In this document: positions 20,544 to 30,682 of the stretch, piece by piece | Layout: every line of letters begins with the position of its first letter | How positions within the stretch are numbered: the stretch's first letter is position 1 | Position numbers and translations under genes: made by a program | Assembly: GCA_027074805.1 (NCBI GenBank) | Contig: JALTCK010000092.1 | Location: forward strand, 4,763-68,762 | Length of the DNA: 64,000 nt | Reading direction: 5' to 3' | Source of the DNA: Thermococcus sp. | GTDB taxonomy: Archaea > Methanobacteriota_B > Thermococci > Thermococcales > Thermococcaceae | Notes under the pieces: model-generated | The model's database searches: none | What the model saw: the letters and a program-made list of their open reading frames with translations, nothing else | Told to the model about the DNA's origin: nothing

Positions 20544-20591
20544 GGGGATATGCCTTTAAACCCAGAACGAGAGGTATTTACGGTGGTTCCT

Positions 20592-20951
20592 ATGGATTAC
20601 GACGATGTTAATGTCAAACTCCTCGAAATTGAAGAGCTCCTAAACAAGCTCGGGAAGGAGCACCCAAAGGAGATATCAGCCTTCTCGCGCTTCCTTCGTG
20701 AAACTCTTGAGAACAAGGCCCTGACTACGAGGGAGAAGGAGCTCATAGCCCTAGCCCTGGGGATCTCGGCCGGCTGCGAGTGGTGCATCTACCTCCACAC
20801 CCAGAAGGCCCTTGAGGCTGGAGCGAAGCCAGAGGAACTCATAGAGGCTGGTCTGGTTGCCGTGCTCATGGCTGGTGGCCCGGCTCTCATGCACTTAATA
20901 CCCCTAATGAAGGCAATAGAGAGCTTCAAAAAGGAGCATGGGGAGGAGTGA
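20592..20951 (+). CDS. Carboxymuconolactone decarboxylase/AhpD-like protein
   Basis: EKELIALA...CEWCIYLH...ALEAGA CxxC motif. Confidence 0.9.
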   Translation: MDYDDVNVKLLEIEELLNKLGKEHPKEISAFSRFLRETLENKALTTREKELIALALGISAGCEWCIYLHTQKALEAGAKPEELIEAGLVAVLMAGGPALMHLIPLMKAIESFKKEHGEE

Positions 20952-20963
20952 TCCCTTTCTTTT

Positions 20964-21299
20964 TTATCCTTCTGTTAGCTTGAGGATGGCCTCAGCCAGA
21001 TCGCCGTCGGCGTCTACCAAGGCTTTTCTCGCGGCTTCGTAGTCCACTCCGGCCTGCTCCATCACGAGTTTTATGTCCTCCTCCGAGACGTTGACAACTG
21101 CCCTTACTTCCTCACTTCCGGGGACGATCTGGTAGCTCTTTTCTCCCTGGGCGGTTATTATCGTGATAATGGGGTCCTTTAGGACGATCTCCTTGTTTTC
21201 CAGTCGTATAACGACTTCCTTGACTCCGTCCATCTCCTCCATCTTGATGCCCATCTGCTTCATGAGCTTCTTCATCTGCCTTGGGTTCATTCCCATCAT
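20964..21299 (-). CDS. nac: Nascent polypeptide-associated complex protein
   Basis: [16 protein letters not shown]-terminal UBA-like [13 protein letters not shown]...GDLAEAIL. Confidence 0.93.
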   Translation of the reverse strand: MMGMNPRQMKKLMKQMGIKMEEMDGVKEVVIRLENKEIVLKDPIITIITAQGEKSYQIVPGSEEVRAVVNVSEEDIKLVMEQAGVDYEAARKALVDADGDLAEAILKLTEG

Positions 21300-21387
21300 C
21301 TCTATCACCGGAGAAAAATTGGGGGCCGGTTTTAAAAAGATTGGCAAAGTTTTTAGTGTCCTTGGTAAACCTTCTCCGGTGGTGTGG

Positions 21388-21570
21388 ATGCCATACATTC
21401 CCCAGAGTGTCCCATCAGACTCACAGATCCTGCTTGGTTTTCTGAGTATAGCTCTTTTCCTGTTTGTCATGTGGATGTTCTTCAACTGGATGGAGCGGTA
21501 TGCGGAGAAAAAGGAGAAGGAGCTGGAGAGGGAAGTGGAGGAAATAGACGAGACCGGGAATTTGTACTGA
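21388..21570 (+). CDS. Small membrane protein
   Basis: GGTGGTG RBS, one TM helix, acidic tail. Confidence 0.65.
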   Translation: MPYIPQSVPSDSQILLGFLSIALFLFVMWMFFNWMERYAEKKEKELEREVEEIDETGNLY

Positions 21571-21575
21571 TATTC

Positions 21576-22736
21576 CTACTGCGCTCTGGTGGGGTCTAAC
21601 CGCTCTTTGAACGCGAGCTTTAGGAGTGGAGGCGTGACTAGGGTGCTTAGGAATATCATAAGGACTATCACTATGTAAGCTTCACTTCCAACTATGCCGG
21701 CTTTCATTGCTATTGCCAACATTGCCAGCTCGACACCCATCCTGGGTATCATTCCGACACCAATGCGTAGGGATTCTCTGGCACTCATTCCCCCGAGGAG
21801 TGCGCCAATTCCGCAACCGATGATCTTACTCACTATTGCGGCCAGACTGAAGATTATTGCAAACACGCCTGCAGTACTTATATCCCTGACGGGAATGTTC
21901 ATCCCAACGTCGACGAAGAATAGCGGAACAAAAATGGAGTGGGCTATTATCCTTGAATGTTCGAATATAGGCTTCCTGAACTCGGTCTCGCTTAAAGCCA
22001 GTCCGAGAAGGTATGCTCCAAGTATTGAAGCGAGGTTCATGTGTTCCGCTAAGTAGGCAAAAACGAAGAGGGCTGCCATGGAGAGTGTTACCGTCGAGTC
22101 TGCAAATCCTATCCTAACAACTTTTCTCAGAGCATAATCGAGGATCTTTGGCATGGCAAAGATCATTACACCGATAAAAACGCCCACCTTAAGGAGTATT
22201 CCTCCTATACCTAAGACGCTGACTTCTCCCGACACCAAGGAGGAAATAACAACTGTTAATATGACGATGCCAAGGATGTCGTCGACTATAGCCGCGGTTA
22301 GAATCGTAGTTCCCTCCCTGCTTTTTAGCTTGTCCATCTCCATGAGGACTCTTACCGTTAAACTGACGCTTGTTGGTGTAGTAAGTGCTCCGTAAAGGAG
22401 TGCTTGGTCGAAGCCTTTGAATGGATAGGCAATACCAAACCCAATTGCAAAGGCAACGCCTACTCCCACAACGGCCACCGAAAGCCCGGTCTTCCCCGCT
22501 TCCCTTAGCTCATTCACGCTGCTTTCCAGCCCTGCTAAAAAAAGGAGCATCAGGACACCTATCATTGATATGTCTTTTACCTCCTCCGTTGGAGGAAAGA
22601 CCAGTCCAAGCAGCATGCCTCCTACTATTTGGCCGAGAACAACGGGCTGTTCGATGCGTGAAAAGAGCCATCCAAAAGCCTCTGCTGTAAGGAGCATGAG
22701 TGCCAGATAGAGTATAAGCTCGATCAACGTTCTCAC
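21576..22736 (-). CDS. Cation:proton antiporter (CPA2/NapA family)
   Basis: LFLAGLE, TSVSLT, AAIVDD, GMIPR. Confidence 0.92.
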   Translation of the reverse strand: MRTLIELILYLALMLLTAEAFGWLFSRIEQPVVLGQIVGGMLLGLVFPPTEEVKDISMIGVLMLLFLAGLESSVNELREAGKTGLSVAVVGVGVAFAIGFGIAYPFKGFDQALLYGALTTPTSVSLTVRVLMEMDKLKSREGTTILTAAIVDDILGIVILTVVISSLVSGEVSVLGIGGILLKVGVFIGVMIFAMPKILDYALRKVVRIGFADSTVTLSMAALFVFAYLAEHMNLASILGAYLLGLALSETEFRKPIFEHSRIIAHSIFVPLFFVDVGMNIPVRDISTAGVFAIIFSLAAIVSKIIGCGIGALLGGMSARESLRIGVGMIPRMGVELAMLAIAMKAGIVGSEAYIVIVLMIFLSTLVTPPLLKLAFKERLDPTRAQ

Positions 22737-23203
22737 CGGGCGAATACCCTAAGTATCCTTATAACACTCTGGGCGGAAAAGGTGCCAACTACCTTCTTTT
22801 TTTCCACAACGGGAAACTGCCTGACACCCGTTTCCAGCATCATACTCAGGGCATACCCTAGGGTATCATGGGGGGACAATGTTATCGGCTTGGTGTTCAT
22901 GATGTCCTTTACCGGTCGATCCCAATCAAAATGAGCTTCTCTAAGGGCATCGAGTCCAACCAGGATGTAATCGGAGGGGGGTATAAGCAAGTTGATAATC
23001 TCGTCTATTGAAATAAATCCAAGGAGTTTGCCTGACTCCTCAGTGACAACAGCGCAGGTTCTATGTTCTAATCCTTTAATGAGATCTTCGATCTTGTCCT
23101 CTGGTTTTAGACGAAGAAATTTCTCCTCCATGATGAGCTTCAGTGGCATTTTGGAAAGTTTGGCTATGTTGAGCTTTGGTTTCTCTTCGCTTTCATCGCG
23201 CAT
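22733..23203 (-). CDS. CBS domain protein
   Basis: Tandem CBS motifs (PVKDIMN, QFPVVE); coupled to the antiporter. Confidence 0.85.
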   Translation of the reverse strand: MRDESEEKPKLNIAKLSKMPLKLIMEEKFLRLKPEDKIEDLIKGLEHRTCAVVTEESGKLLGFISIDEIINLLIPPSDYILVGLDALREAHFDWDRPVKDIMNTKPITLSPHDTLGYALSMMLETGVRQFPVVEKKKVVGTFSAQSVIRILRVFAR

Positions 23204-23586
23204 GGGGGCATCACCGATTGTGCAGAATATGGGGTGGAAGTTTAAAACCTTTGAGGACACTCCACTACAGGTTAAGAAAGAATATTCTCTAGGCCGTTCC
23301 AATGAATCGCCAGATATTGCTGGATCTTCTTGAAGTGAGGGATATGTTGCTCGTTATTGACGTGGTTTTCGCTTATCTGGAGCACTACACTGGGGAAAAG
23401 TATGCGGAGTTTGAGGTCTATTAAAGGAACGCCCCAGCGAATTCACCTTGGTTAAGGAGAAGAGGATGAGGTAGCGAAGATTTTTGGGGAATCTAACCGC
23501 GGGGAGATGGACAGAATAGTTGAGGAAGAAACCAAAAAGCTCCTCAGAAAGAAGTTTAAAATGGAATAAAAAGATAGCTCTGGGGG

Positions 23587-24621
23587 TTAGTTTTCTTCCT
23601 CTCTTTCTTTGGCGGAGTTTGAAGTTCCCTCGTTGGTCTTCATGATCTTCTGCCGGTACTCCTCGTACTTCTTCATTGCTTCCTCCGCCTTTTCCTTCTC
23701 ACCAAGGTATTCGTAGGCCTCAGCAACGTGCTTCCACCACATTGGGTCTTCTTCGGCTTCCTTCAGGCAGTACTCGAGGAACTTCTGATAAGCCTCCCTC
23801 GCGAGCTCCTTCATGTTGAGTTTTCTTGCTATGTTTCCGACGTCCTCCCAGAATACCCCCTCTTCTTGAGCTTCCTTCTTGTAGTACTCTAGTGACTTCT
23901 TCCAGGCTTCCATTGCCTTCTCCTCGTTGCCTAGATCCTCGTAGAGCTTTGCCACATCCTCCCAGAACCATGGCTCCTCCTCGGCGTAGTGCTCGAGGGC
24001 ATTTGCTGCCCTTTCCATGTTGCCCGCCTTCTTCCAGTATTCGTGGGCCTCCTTAAGATAATAGGTGTCCTTCTCCTTTTCGTAGAGTCCTTCATAAATT
24101 TCAGCGGCTTTCTCGTACTTTTTGGCCTTCTCGTATGCCCACGCTGCGCTTTCCATCCAGCCGAGTTTCTCGTACATTTTTGCCGCCTTCAGATAGTCTC
24201 CTTTCTTCTCGTACTTCCTTGCTGCTGCTTTGTACTTGCCCATCCTCTCCAGCTTTTCTGGGCTTCTAAAGCGGTCGGAAAAGGTGAGATCGGGTTCGCT
24301 GATATACCATACTCCAAATATAAGTGCTAAAACGAAGAACGCTATTATGCACCCAACGATTTCCAGTTTCTGCCAGGTGACGCTCAGGTAAGTCCCATAG
24401 CCACTTATGACCGTTAGAATAGCCAGTACCGTACCGTACTTCCAGCTTTCGGCATAGAGTGTCAGTGCTGTGAAGAATAGCAACATAAGTGTAACAAGAA
24501 GGAATCCGAGTGATAGGATGACTTGGAGCAGCAGTTTCCATCCTCCGTACCAGACGATGCCCCCGGCTATCGCTAGGAGGACAACGATGAAGGCTATCAG
24601 GTACGCTTTGAGCTTGTCCAT
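23587..24621 (-). CDS. Membrane-anchored TPR-repeat protein
   Basis: N-terminal TM helices then repeated AAxxYEK helices. Confidence 0.85.
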   Translation of the reverse strand: MDKLKAYLIAFIVVLLAIAGGIVWYGGWKLLLQVILSLGFLLVTLMLLFFTALTLYAESWKYGTVLAILTVISGYGTYLSVTWQKLEIVGCIIAFFVLALIFGVWYISEPDLTFSDRFRSPEKLERMGKYKAAARKYEKKGDYLKAAKMYEKLGWMESAAWAYEKAKKYEKAAEIYEGLYEKEKDTYYLKEAHEYWKKAGNMERAANALEHYAEEEPWFWEDVAKLYEDLGNEEKAMEAWKKSLEYYKKEAQEEGVFWEDVGNIARKLNMKELAREAYQKFLEYCLKEAEEDPMWWKHVAEAYEYLGEKEKAEEAMKKYEEYRQKIMKTNEGTSNSAKEREEEN

Positions 24622-25139
24622 CTTTCCACCCCCTCTATATTAAGCAGGAAGACCTTTTCCTCGAGCCTTGGAGTGTAGTGGCCGATTCCGGCACTTGAGA
24701 TAACTCTATGGCAGGGGACCACTATAGGGTATGGGTTTCTTTTCATGGCCCCGCCAATGGCCCGGGGTGAGGTTTTGAGCTTCCTTGCGAGCTCTCCATA
24801 TGTTATCACACTACCTCTTTTAACACTTTTTGTCAGGTGCTCGTAAACCTTCATCTCGAAGGGTGTCAACCCCCTGAATGAGAGGAGTTCAAAGGCATCT
24901 TCGTTCTCCAGTCTCCCTTCAATGACCTCCTTTATGGTGTCCGGATACTCACTCTTTCCCGGCTTTGGATCAAAGGGAACCCCTCTTCTCCGCAGGAATC
25001 GCGTTATTCGCTTGAGATTCTCTTCAAGGAGCCATTTTTCCAGGGAGAAAGTTATCCCGTCTATCTTTTCTTCATGGATGGTCGCTATCCAGACGTTTTT
25101 TCCACCGATTCTGAACTTCTCAACGCTTATCATTTGCAT
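24597..25139 (-). CDS. ogt: Methylated-DNA--protein-cysteine methyltransferase
   Basis: TYGELA, RAIG, PCHRV active site. Confidence 0.95.
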   Translation of the reverse strand: MQMISVEKFRIGGKNVWIATIHEEKIDGITFSLEKWLLEENLKRITRFLRRRGVPFDPKPGKSEYPDTIKEVIEGRLENEDAFELLSFRGLTPFEMKVYEHLTKSVKRGSVITYGELARKLKTSPRAIGGAMKRNPYPIVVPCHRVISSAGIGHYTPRLEEKVFLLNIEGVERWTSSKRT

Positions 25140-25834
25140 TCCTCCAGCCTTTTAATAGCTCTTCTCAGGGGCCCGATGGTGGTATGGACTTCCCTCCCGT
25201 AGAGAATGGTCTTTCCCACAAATCGCCTGAAGGTCTCAACGAAGACTTTTCTCCTCTCCAAATCCCTTGGATACTCAAGGACTTCAAGGAGCTCCGCCCA
25301 CCACTTTACAAGCTGTTCTTTCTCCACCTGCGTGGCGAGTTTCAGAGATTCTACCTCTAATTCAGGCCTTTCCTTTGAAAGCTCGTAGAGAATTACTGCA
25401 ACAGCCTGGGCGAGGTTCATGACGGGGTAAGATTCGCTTGTGGGTATCGTCACCGTTATATCCATCTTTGAAAGCTCCTCATTCTTCAGGCCTATACTTT
25501 CCCTCCCGAAGAAGAGGCCAATCTTTCCAGGGTAGTCGTTCAGCCTTTCTCGGAGTTCCCAAGGATAGAGGGGGGTGCGGTGAGGTATGAATCTCTTCCC
25601 GGGCTTTCCGGTGGTTCCAACGTTTAAATCGAAGAGCCTTAGGGCTTCCTCGAAGCTCGCAACGATGAGGGCATTATCGAGGACATCCTGTGCATGAACT
25701 GCATAACAGTAACTCTCCTCGGTTAAGTTTGGCCTAACAAGGACTAACCTAGAGAATCCAAAGTTCTTCATCGTTCTGGCTATCATTCCTATGTTGACTG
25801 GTCCCTCTGGTTCTATGAGAACGACACTTATCAT
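25130..25834 (-). CDS. trmJ: TrmJ/TrmH family SPOUT RNA methyltransferase
   Basis: NIGMIARTMKNFG, FGRESIGL, MNLAQAV. Confidence 0.9.
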   Translation of the reverse strand: MISVVLIEPEGPVNIGMIARTMKNFGFSRLVLVRPNLTEESYCYAVHAQDVLDNALIVASFEEALRLFDLNVGTTGKPGKRFIPHRTPLYPWELRERLNDYPGKIGLFFGRESIGLKNEELSKMDITVTIPTSESYPVMNLAQAVAVILYELSKERPELEVESLKLATQVEKEQLVKWWAELLEVLEYPRDLERRKVFVETFRRFVGKTILYGREVHTTIGPLRRAIKRLEECK

Positions 25835-25879
25835 CGGTAGGCATTTAAGGATAGCTCTTTAAACGATTTTGGTGGTGAG

Positions 25880-26788
25880 ATGAGGATTTATGTCCTTGGG
25901 GCTGGGAGCATAGGTTCCCTTTTTGGAGCACTTTTAACAAAGGCTGGAAACGATGTCACCCTCATAGGAAGGGAGGAACAGGTAAATGCGATAAAGGAGG
26001 GCGGTCTTGAGGTAGTTGGCATTGAGAAATTTGAGGTAAGGCCGAAGGCAACTCTCCTTGCGCCGAGTGAACCACCGGATCTTCTGCTACTTGCAACGAA
26101 GTCATACTCAACGAAGACAGCCCTTGAGTGTGCGAGGAAATGCATAGGTTCGGAAACATGGATCATGAGTATACAAAATGGCCTCGGAAACGAGGAGCTG
26201 GCGATGAAGTACTCCGAGAGGGTAATTGGAGGTATAACAACAAACGGAGCGTTTCTTGAGAGGTGGGGTTTGGTGAGGTGGACCGGAAGGGGAATAACAG
26301 TTATCGGACGTTATCCCGGTGGGAGCAGTGATTTTGTGGGAAAAGTTGCACGGGTTTTTGAGGATGCCGGACTGGAGACGAGGGTGACGGAGAACGTTCT
26401 CGGGTGGAAGTGGGCAAAGGCTATAGTGAACTCCGTTATAAATGGTTTGGGAACGGTTCTGGAGGTCAAGAACGGTGTACTGAGGGATGTTCCGGAGCTA
26501 GAAGCTATTTCGGTGGAGATAGCGAGGGAGGGCTGTCTGGTTGCCCAGCAGCTCGGGGTGGAGTTTGAAGTGCATCCCCTGGAACTACTCTGGGACACGA
26601 TAGAACGCACGAGGGACAACTACAACTCGACACTCCAGGACATATGGCGTGGGAAGAGGACTGAAGTCGATTACATTCACGGTAAAATAGTTGAATACGC
26701 TCACTCGGTTGGGCTTGAGGCCCCTAGGAATGAACTACTCTGGGCGCTTATCAAAGCCAGGGAAAACGTAAATAAACCAAAGGGTTAG
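25880..26788 (+). CDS. panE: 2-dehydropantoate 2-reductase
   Basis: [35 protein letters not shown]. Confidence 0.93.
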   Translation: MRIYVLGAGSIGSLFGALLTKAGNDVTLIGREEQVNAIKEGGLEVVGIEKFEVRPKATLLAPSEPPDLLLLATKSYSTKTALECARKCIGSETWIMSIQNGLGNEELAMKYSERVIGGITTNGAFLERWGLVRWTGRGITVIGRYPGGSSDFVGKVARVFEDAGLETRVTENVLGWKWAKAIVNSVINGLGTVLEVKNGVLRDVPELEAISVEIAREGCLVAQQLGVEFEVHPLELLWDTIERTRDNYNSTLQDIWRGKRTEVDYIHGKIVEYAHSVGLEAPRNELLWALIKARENVNKPKG

Positions 26789-26808
26789 GTTAGTACGGGG
26801 GGTTAAAG

Positions 26809-27456
26809 ATGCCCATCTTTGGGGGTAAAGAAACCAGCGTATTTGAGGCGATGGATGCCCATCTTGACGCCGTTATGGAGTCTTTAGTAGCATTCAGGGC
26901 GTTAATGGAAGCCTACCTCGAAGGGGATCTGGAGAAGGCCAAGGCCTTCGAAAGGGAAGTGAGTGAGCTTGAGAGCAAGGCCGATACACTGAGGAGGAGT
27001 ATTGAGACGATGCTATACGAGGGTGCTTTTCTGCCCACGAACAGGGGTGATTACGTCAGACTCAGCGAACTCATTGACCAGGTTGCTGATGCTGCTGAAA
27101 GTGCTTCCCACACGCTTATCTTGGCAAAGCCGAGGGTTCCGGGCGAGCTGAAGGATGAGATCCTAAAACTCGTTGATGCGGCCATTGAGACCTACTCACT
27201 TCTTGTCAAGGCGGTAAAGGCCCTGAATGATGACGTGGATGGGGCCATATCCCTTTCCAAGGCTGTTGAAGACTCTGAAGAGCTTGCAGATGGGGTTGAG
27301 TACGACGTGAAGGCCAAAGTTTTTGAAAGTGAAACGATAACAACCTATGCAAAGATTATCTGGAACCAGATACTAACGAAGATTGGGGATATAGCCGACA
27401 GGGCCGAAGATGCCTCCGACCAGGTGATGCTGGTAGGGATAAAGCGGAGGGGGTGA
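26809..27456 (+). CDS. PhoU-like DUF47/TIGR00153 phosphate transport regulator
   Basis: LESKADTLRR...GAFLP.NRGD...IDQVADAAE; IADRAED. Confidence 0.88.
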   Translation: MPIFGGKETSVFEAMDAHLDAVMESLVAFRALMEAYLEGDLEKAKAFEREVSELESKADTLRRSIETMLYEGAFLPTNRGDYVRLSELIDQVADAAESASHTLILAKPRVPGELKDEILKLVDAAIETYSLLVKAVKALNDDVDGAISLSKAVEDSEELADGVEYDVKAKVFESETITTYAKIIWNQILTKIGDIADRAEDASDQVMLVGIKRRG

Positions 27457-27460
27457 ATGA

Positions 27461-28375
27461 ATGAAGGTTCTAGTTGCTGCGCCTCTTCATGAGAAGGCAA
27501 TAGGGGTTTTAGAGAATGCTGGCTTTGAGGTTCTCTACGAAGAGTACCCGAATGAGGATAGACTGGTTGAACTCGTTAAGGACGTTGAAGCGATAATCGT
27601 GAGGAGCAAGCCGAAGGTGACGAGGAAGGTCATAGAAGCCGCTCCGAAGCTGAAAGTGATAGGAAGGGCTGGCGTTGGCCTTGATAACATCGACCTTGGG
27701 GTGGCAAAGGAGAGGGGGATTAAGGTTGTTAACAGTCCCGGTGCCTCAAGTAGGAGCGTTGCAGAGCTCGCCATAGCGCTTATCTTCAACGTGGCGAGAA
27801 AGATAGCCTTCGCCGACAGGAAGATGAGGGAAGGTGTTTGGGCCAAGAAGCAGTGTCTGGGAACAGAACTCGAGGGTAAAACCGTAGGAGTCGTCGGCTT
27901 CGGAAGGATAGGTTATCAGGTGGCTAAGATATCGAGAGCCCTTGGCATGAAGGTTCTCCTATACGACCCGTATCCAAACGAGGAGAGGGCAAAGGAAGTC
28001 GGCGGAAGGTTTGCTCCTCTGGAGGAGCTCCTTAGGGAGAGTGACGTTGTCACACTCCACGTTCCGCTTGTTGATGCAACCTACCACTTAATAAACGAGG
28101 AACGCCTTAAACTCATGAAGCCCACTTCGATACTAATCAACGCGGCAAGGGGAGCCGTCGTGGACACAGAGGCTCTTGTCAAGGCTCTCCGGGAGGGCTG
28201 GATCGCTGGAGCTGGCTTAGACGTTTATGAGGAAGAGCCTCTTCCGAAGGACCATCCGCTGACGAAGCTCGACAACGTTGTCCTCACCCCACACATCGGC
28301 GCCTCAACCGAAGAGGCTCAGATGAGGGCTGGAGTCCAAGTTGCCGAGCAGATAGTCGAGATCCTGAAGGGATGA
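27461..28375 (+). CDS. D-2-hydroxyacid dehydrogenase (phosphoglycerate dehydrogenase-like)
   Basis: RAGVGLDNID, GFGRIG, INAARG, LTPHIGAST. Confidence 0.92.
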   Translation: MKVLVAAPLHEKAIGVLENAGFEVLYEEYPNEDRLVELVKDVEAIIVRSKPKVTRKVIEAAPKLKVIGRAGVGLDNIDLGVAKERGIKVVNSPGASSRSVAELAIALIFNVARKIAFADRKMREGVWAKKQCLGTELEGKTVGVVGFGRIGYQVAKISRALGMKVLLYDPYPNEERAKEVGGRFAPLEELLRESDVVTLHVPLVDATYHLINEERLKLMKPTSILINAARGAVVDTEALVKALREGWIAGAGLDVYEEEPLPKDHPLTKLDNVVLTPHIGASTEEAQMRAGVQVAEQIVEILKG

Positions 28376-28407
28376 GCCTTTCCCTTCATATTTCTTTCGC
28401 ATGTTTG

Positions 28408-28494
28408 CCACCATGCCGGTAAACTCTCATACAAAAGTTTGCCAGTATGGTGGTGAAGTTTTGGGCGAAAGTTTTTCAGTATGATGGTAAAGTT
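28408..28494. repeat. Imperfect inverted repeat plus direct repeat upstream of the AAA+ ATPase
   Basis: CCACCATGCCGGTAAACT-N10-AGTTTGCCAGTATGGTGG (28408-28453); AAAGTTTnnCAGTATGnTGGTnAAGTT at 28434 and 28468. Confidence 0.7.
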
Positions 28495-28521
28495 TATAGG
28501 AAGTTTCTCCAAGCATAGAGC

Positions 28522-29814
28522 ATGAACGTTGAGGAACTCAAGAGGATTCTGTCGGACCAGTGGGAGACCCTCAATGAAAAGCTCGAGAGAGAAAACATCG
28601 TTGAGCGCGAGCTGAGGGAGAGAATCCTCGAAAACTTCAAGCCGACTGCCCATGTGATAACCGGACCGAGAAGGGGCGGGAAGTCGGTTTTATCTGCCAC
28701 ACTTCCGGGAAAGGCCCTCTACGTGAACTTTGAAGACCCGGCAATGGCCGGCTTTTCCATCGGCGACTACAAAAAACTCCTTCAAGCTGGATACGAGCTC
28801 CTCGGAGGGTTCGACTACATAGTCTTTGACGAGGTTCAGGAGGTTGATGGCTGGGAGAGGATGGTTTCTGCATTGAGGGAGGCCTATCCAACCGTCGTTA
28901 CGGGAAGCAACGCCCGCTTACTCTCTCGGGAGTTCTCGACATATCTAACCGGCAGATATCTGAGCTACACCCTTCTTCCATTCTCCTTCAGGGAGTTCTT
29001 GACGTATAAAGGTCTCAAGCCCGAAGTCAGGACGACGAGGGACGAGGCGAGGATAAAGAGGGCTTTGCTCGAGTACATCCAGCGCGGAGGCTTTCCAGAG
29101 GCGTTGGATTTTGGCAGGGAGTACCTCATTAACCTCTACAACGACATCATCACGAGGGACGTTGTAGTTCGTTACGGCATCAGGAACGTCCGCGAGCTTA
29201 AGGAGGTTGCCTTCTACCTTTTCTCAAACTTCTCAGGCCGGTTCACCTACAACAAAATCAAGAACCTCCTGGGAATCGGGAACGTTGAGACGGTCAAGAA
29301 CTACGTTGAGTACCTTGAGTCGGCTTATCTGGTCTTTGAGCTCCCAAAGTTCTCCTTCAAGCCGAAGGAGGTTTTGAGGGGCGATAAGAAGGTCTACGCT
29401 GTTGATACTGGCATGGTGAACGCCATAGTCCCAAAGGTCTCGGAGAACATCGGCAGGCTCATGGAGAACGCCGTTTTCCTTGAACTCCTAAGGCTCAAGC
29501 ACTACGGAAAACCAGGCGTTGAAATCTACCACTACAGGGATGGAAAGGGTGAGATTGACTTCGTTCTAAGGGACGGTGAGAAAACAGCTCTTATCCAGGT
29601 CACCTATGCCTCTGGGGAGGAGGATGTAGCCCCAAGGGAGCTGGAGAACCTGTTCAGGGTGGTGGGGCTCTTCGGCGTGAAGGAAGGAACTGTAGTGACG
29701 TGGGAGTATTCCGGGGAGTTCAAGAGGAACGGGTTCAGGGTCAGAGCGGTTCCGCTCTGGAGGTGGCTTTTAAACCCACACGTCAAACTTTTTAACCTCG
29801 AAGCGGACTTTTGA
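28522..29814 (+). CDS. AAA+ ATPase with DUF4143 and C-terminal nuclease-like motif
   Basis: GPRRGGKS, FDEVQ, TGSNA, GGFPE, KVYAVDTG, ENAVF, EIDFV...IQVT. Confidence 0.88.
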   Translation: MNVEELKRILSDQWETLNEKLERENIVERELRERILENFKPTAHVITGPRRGGKSVLSATLPGKALYVNFEDPAMAGFSIGDYKKLLQAGYELLGGFDYIVFDEVQEVDGWERMVSALREAYPTVVTGSNARLLSREFSTYLTGRYLSYTLLPFSFREFLTYKGLKPEVRTTRDEARIKRALLEYIQRGGFPEALDFGREYLINLYNDIITRDVVVRYGIRNVRELKEVAFYLFSNFSGRFTYNKIKNLLGIGNVETVKNYVEYLESAYLVFELPKFSFKPKEVLRGDKKVYAVDTGMVNAIVPKVSENIGRLMENAVFLELLRLKHYGKPGVEIYHYRDGKGEIDFVLRDGEKTALIQVTYASGEEDVAPRELENLFRVVGLFGVKEGTVVTWEYSGEFKRNGFRVRAVPLWRWLLNPHVKLFNLEADF

Positions 29815-29821
29815 CAGGTGG

Positions 29822-30682
29822 ATGTCATTGCTCGTCGATGCAATCGTCGAGGTCGTAAGGCTCGCGGTGACGACGATTCCAGAGGATACCGTTGAGGCCC
29901 TTAGAAGAGCCTACAAAATGGAAGAGGATAAGATAGCACGCTTCAACTTTGAAAACATCCTCAGGGCCATTGAGATCGGAAAAGGGAAGTCGATACCCGT
30001 CTGCCAGGACACAGGAACGATGACCTTCTTCGTCAAAGCGGGAGTGGAGAGCCCGTTTTTGGGTGAAATCGAGGGGGCTATAGTCGAGGCCGTCAGGAGG
30101 GCAACCCGAGAGGTTCCCCTCAGACCGAATGCCGTTGATATTTTGAGCGGGAAGAACTCCGGCGACAACACTGGAAATGGCGTTCCGATAATCCACTGGG
30201 AGCTCGTTGATGGAGACGAGGTTGAGATAGCCGTCCTCCCCAAAGGGGGTGGGAGCGAGAACTGCTCGGCTTTGGCGATGCTGACCCCGGGAGAAGGCTG
30301 GGAGGGGGTCAGGAGGTTCGTGGTGGAGCAAGTCAAGGCCTGCGGTGGGAAGCCCTGCCCGCCGGTGATAATTGGGGTGGGCGTCGGTGGTGGTGCCGAC
30401 TATTCGCTGAAACTGGCCAAGAAAGCCCTCCTGAGAAAGGTCGGCGAAAGGAACCCCGACGAGAGGATAGCGAAAATCGAGGGGGAGCTTTTGGGGGAGA
30501 TCAACGCCCTTGGGATCGGGCCGATGGGAATGGGCGGGAAAACAACGGCCCTTGACGTTAAGATCGAGGTCGCCCACAGGCACCCGGCGAGCTTTCCGGT
30601 CGGCCTGATAATTCAGTGCTGGGCCAACAGAAGGGCGTTTCTAAGGCTAAAACCGAACGGGGGGGTAGAAGTATGGCAGTGA
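29822..30682 (+). CDS. Fe-S fumarate hydratase/tartrate dehydratase alpha subunit
   Basis: [33 protein letters not shown]. Confidence 0.92.
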   Translation: MSLLVDAIVEVVRLAVTTIPEDTVEALRRAYKMEEDKIARFNFENILRAIEIGKGKSIPVCQDTGTMTFFVKAGVESPFLGEIEGAIVEAVRRATREVPLRPNAVDILSGKNSGDNTGNGVPIIHWELVDGDEVEIAVLPKGGGSENCSALAMLTPGEGWEGVRRFVVEQVKACGGKPCPPVIIGVGVGGGADYSLKLAKKALLRKVGERNPDERIAKIEGELLGEINALGIGPMGMGGKTTALDVKIEVAHRHPASFPVGLIIQCWANRRAFLRLKPNGGVEVWQ

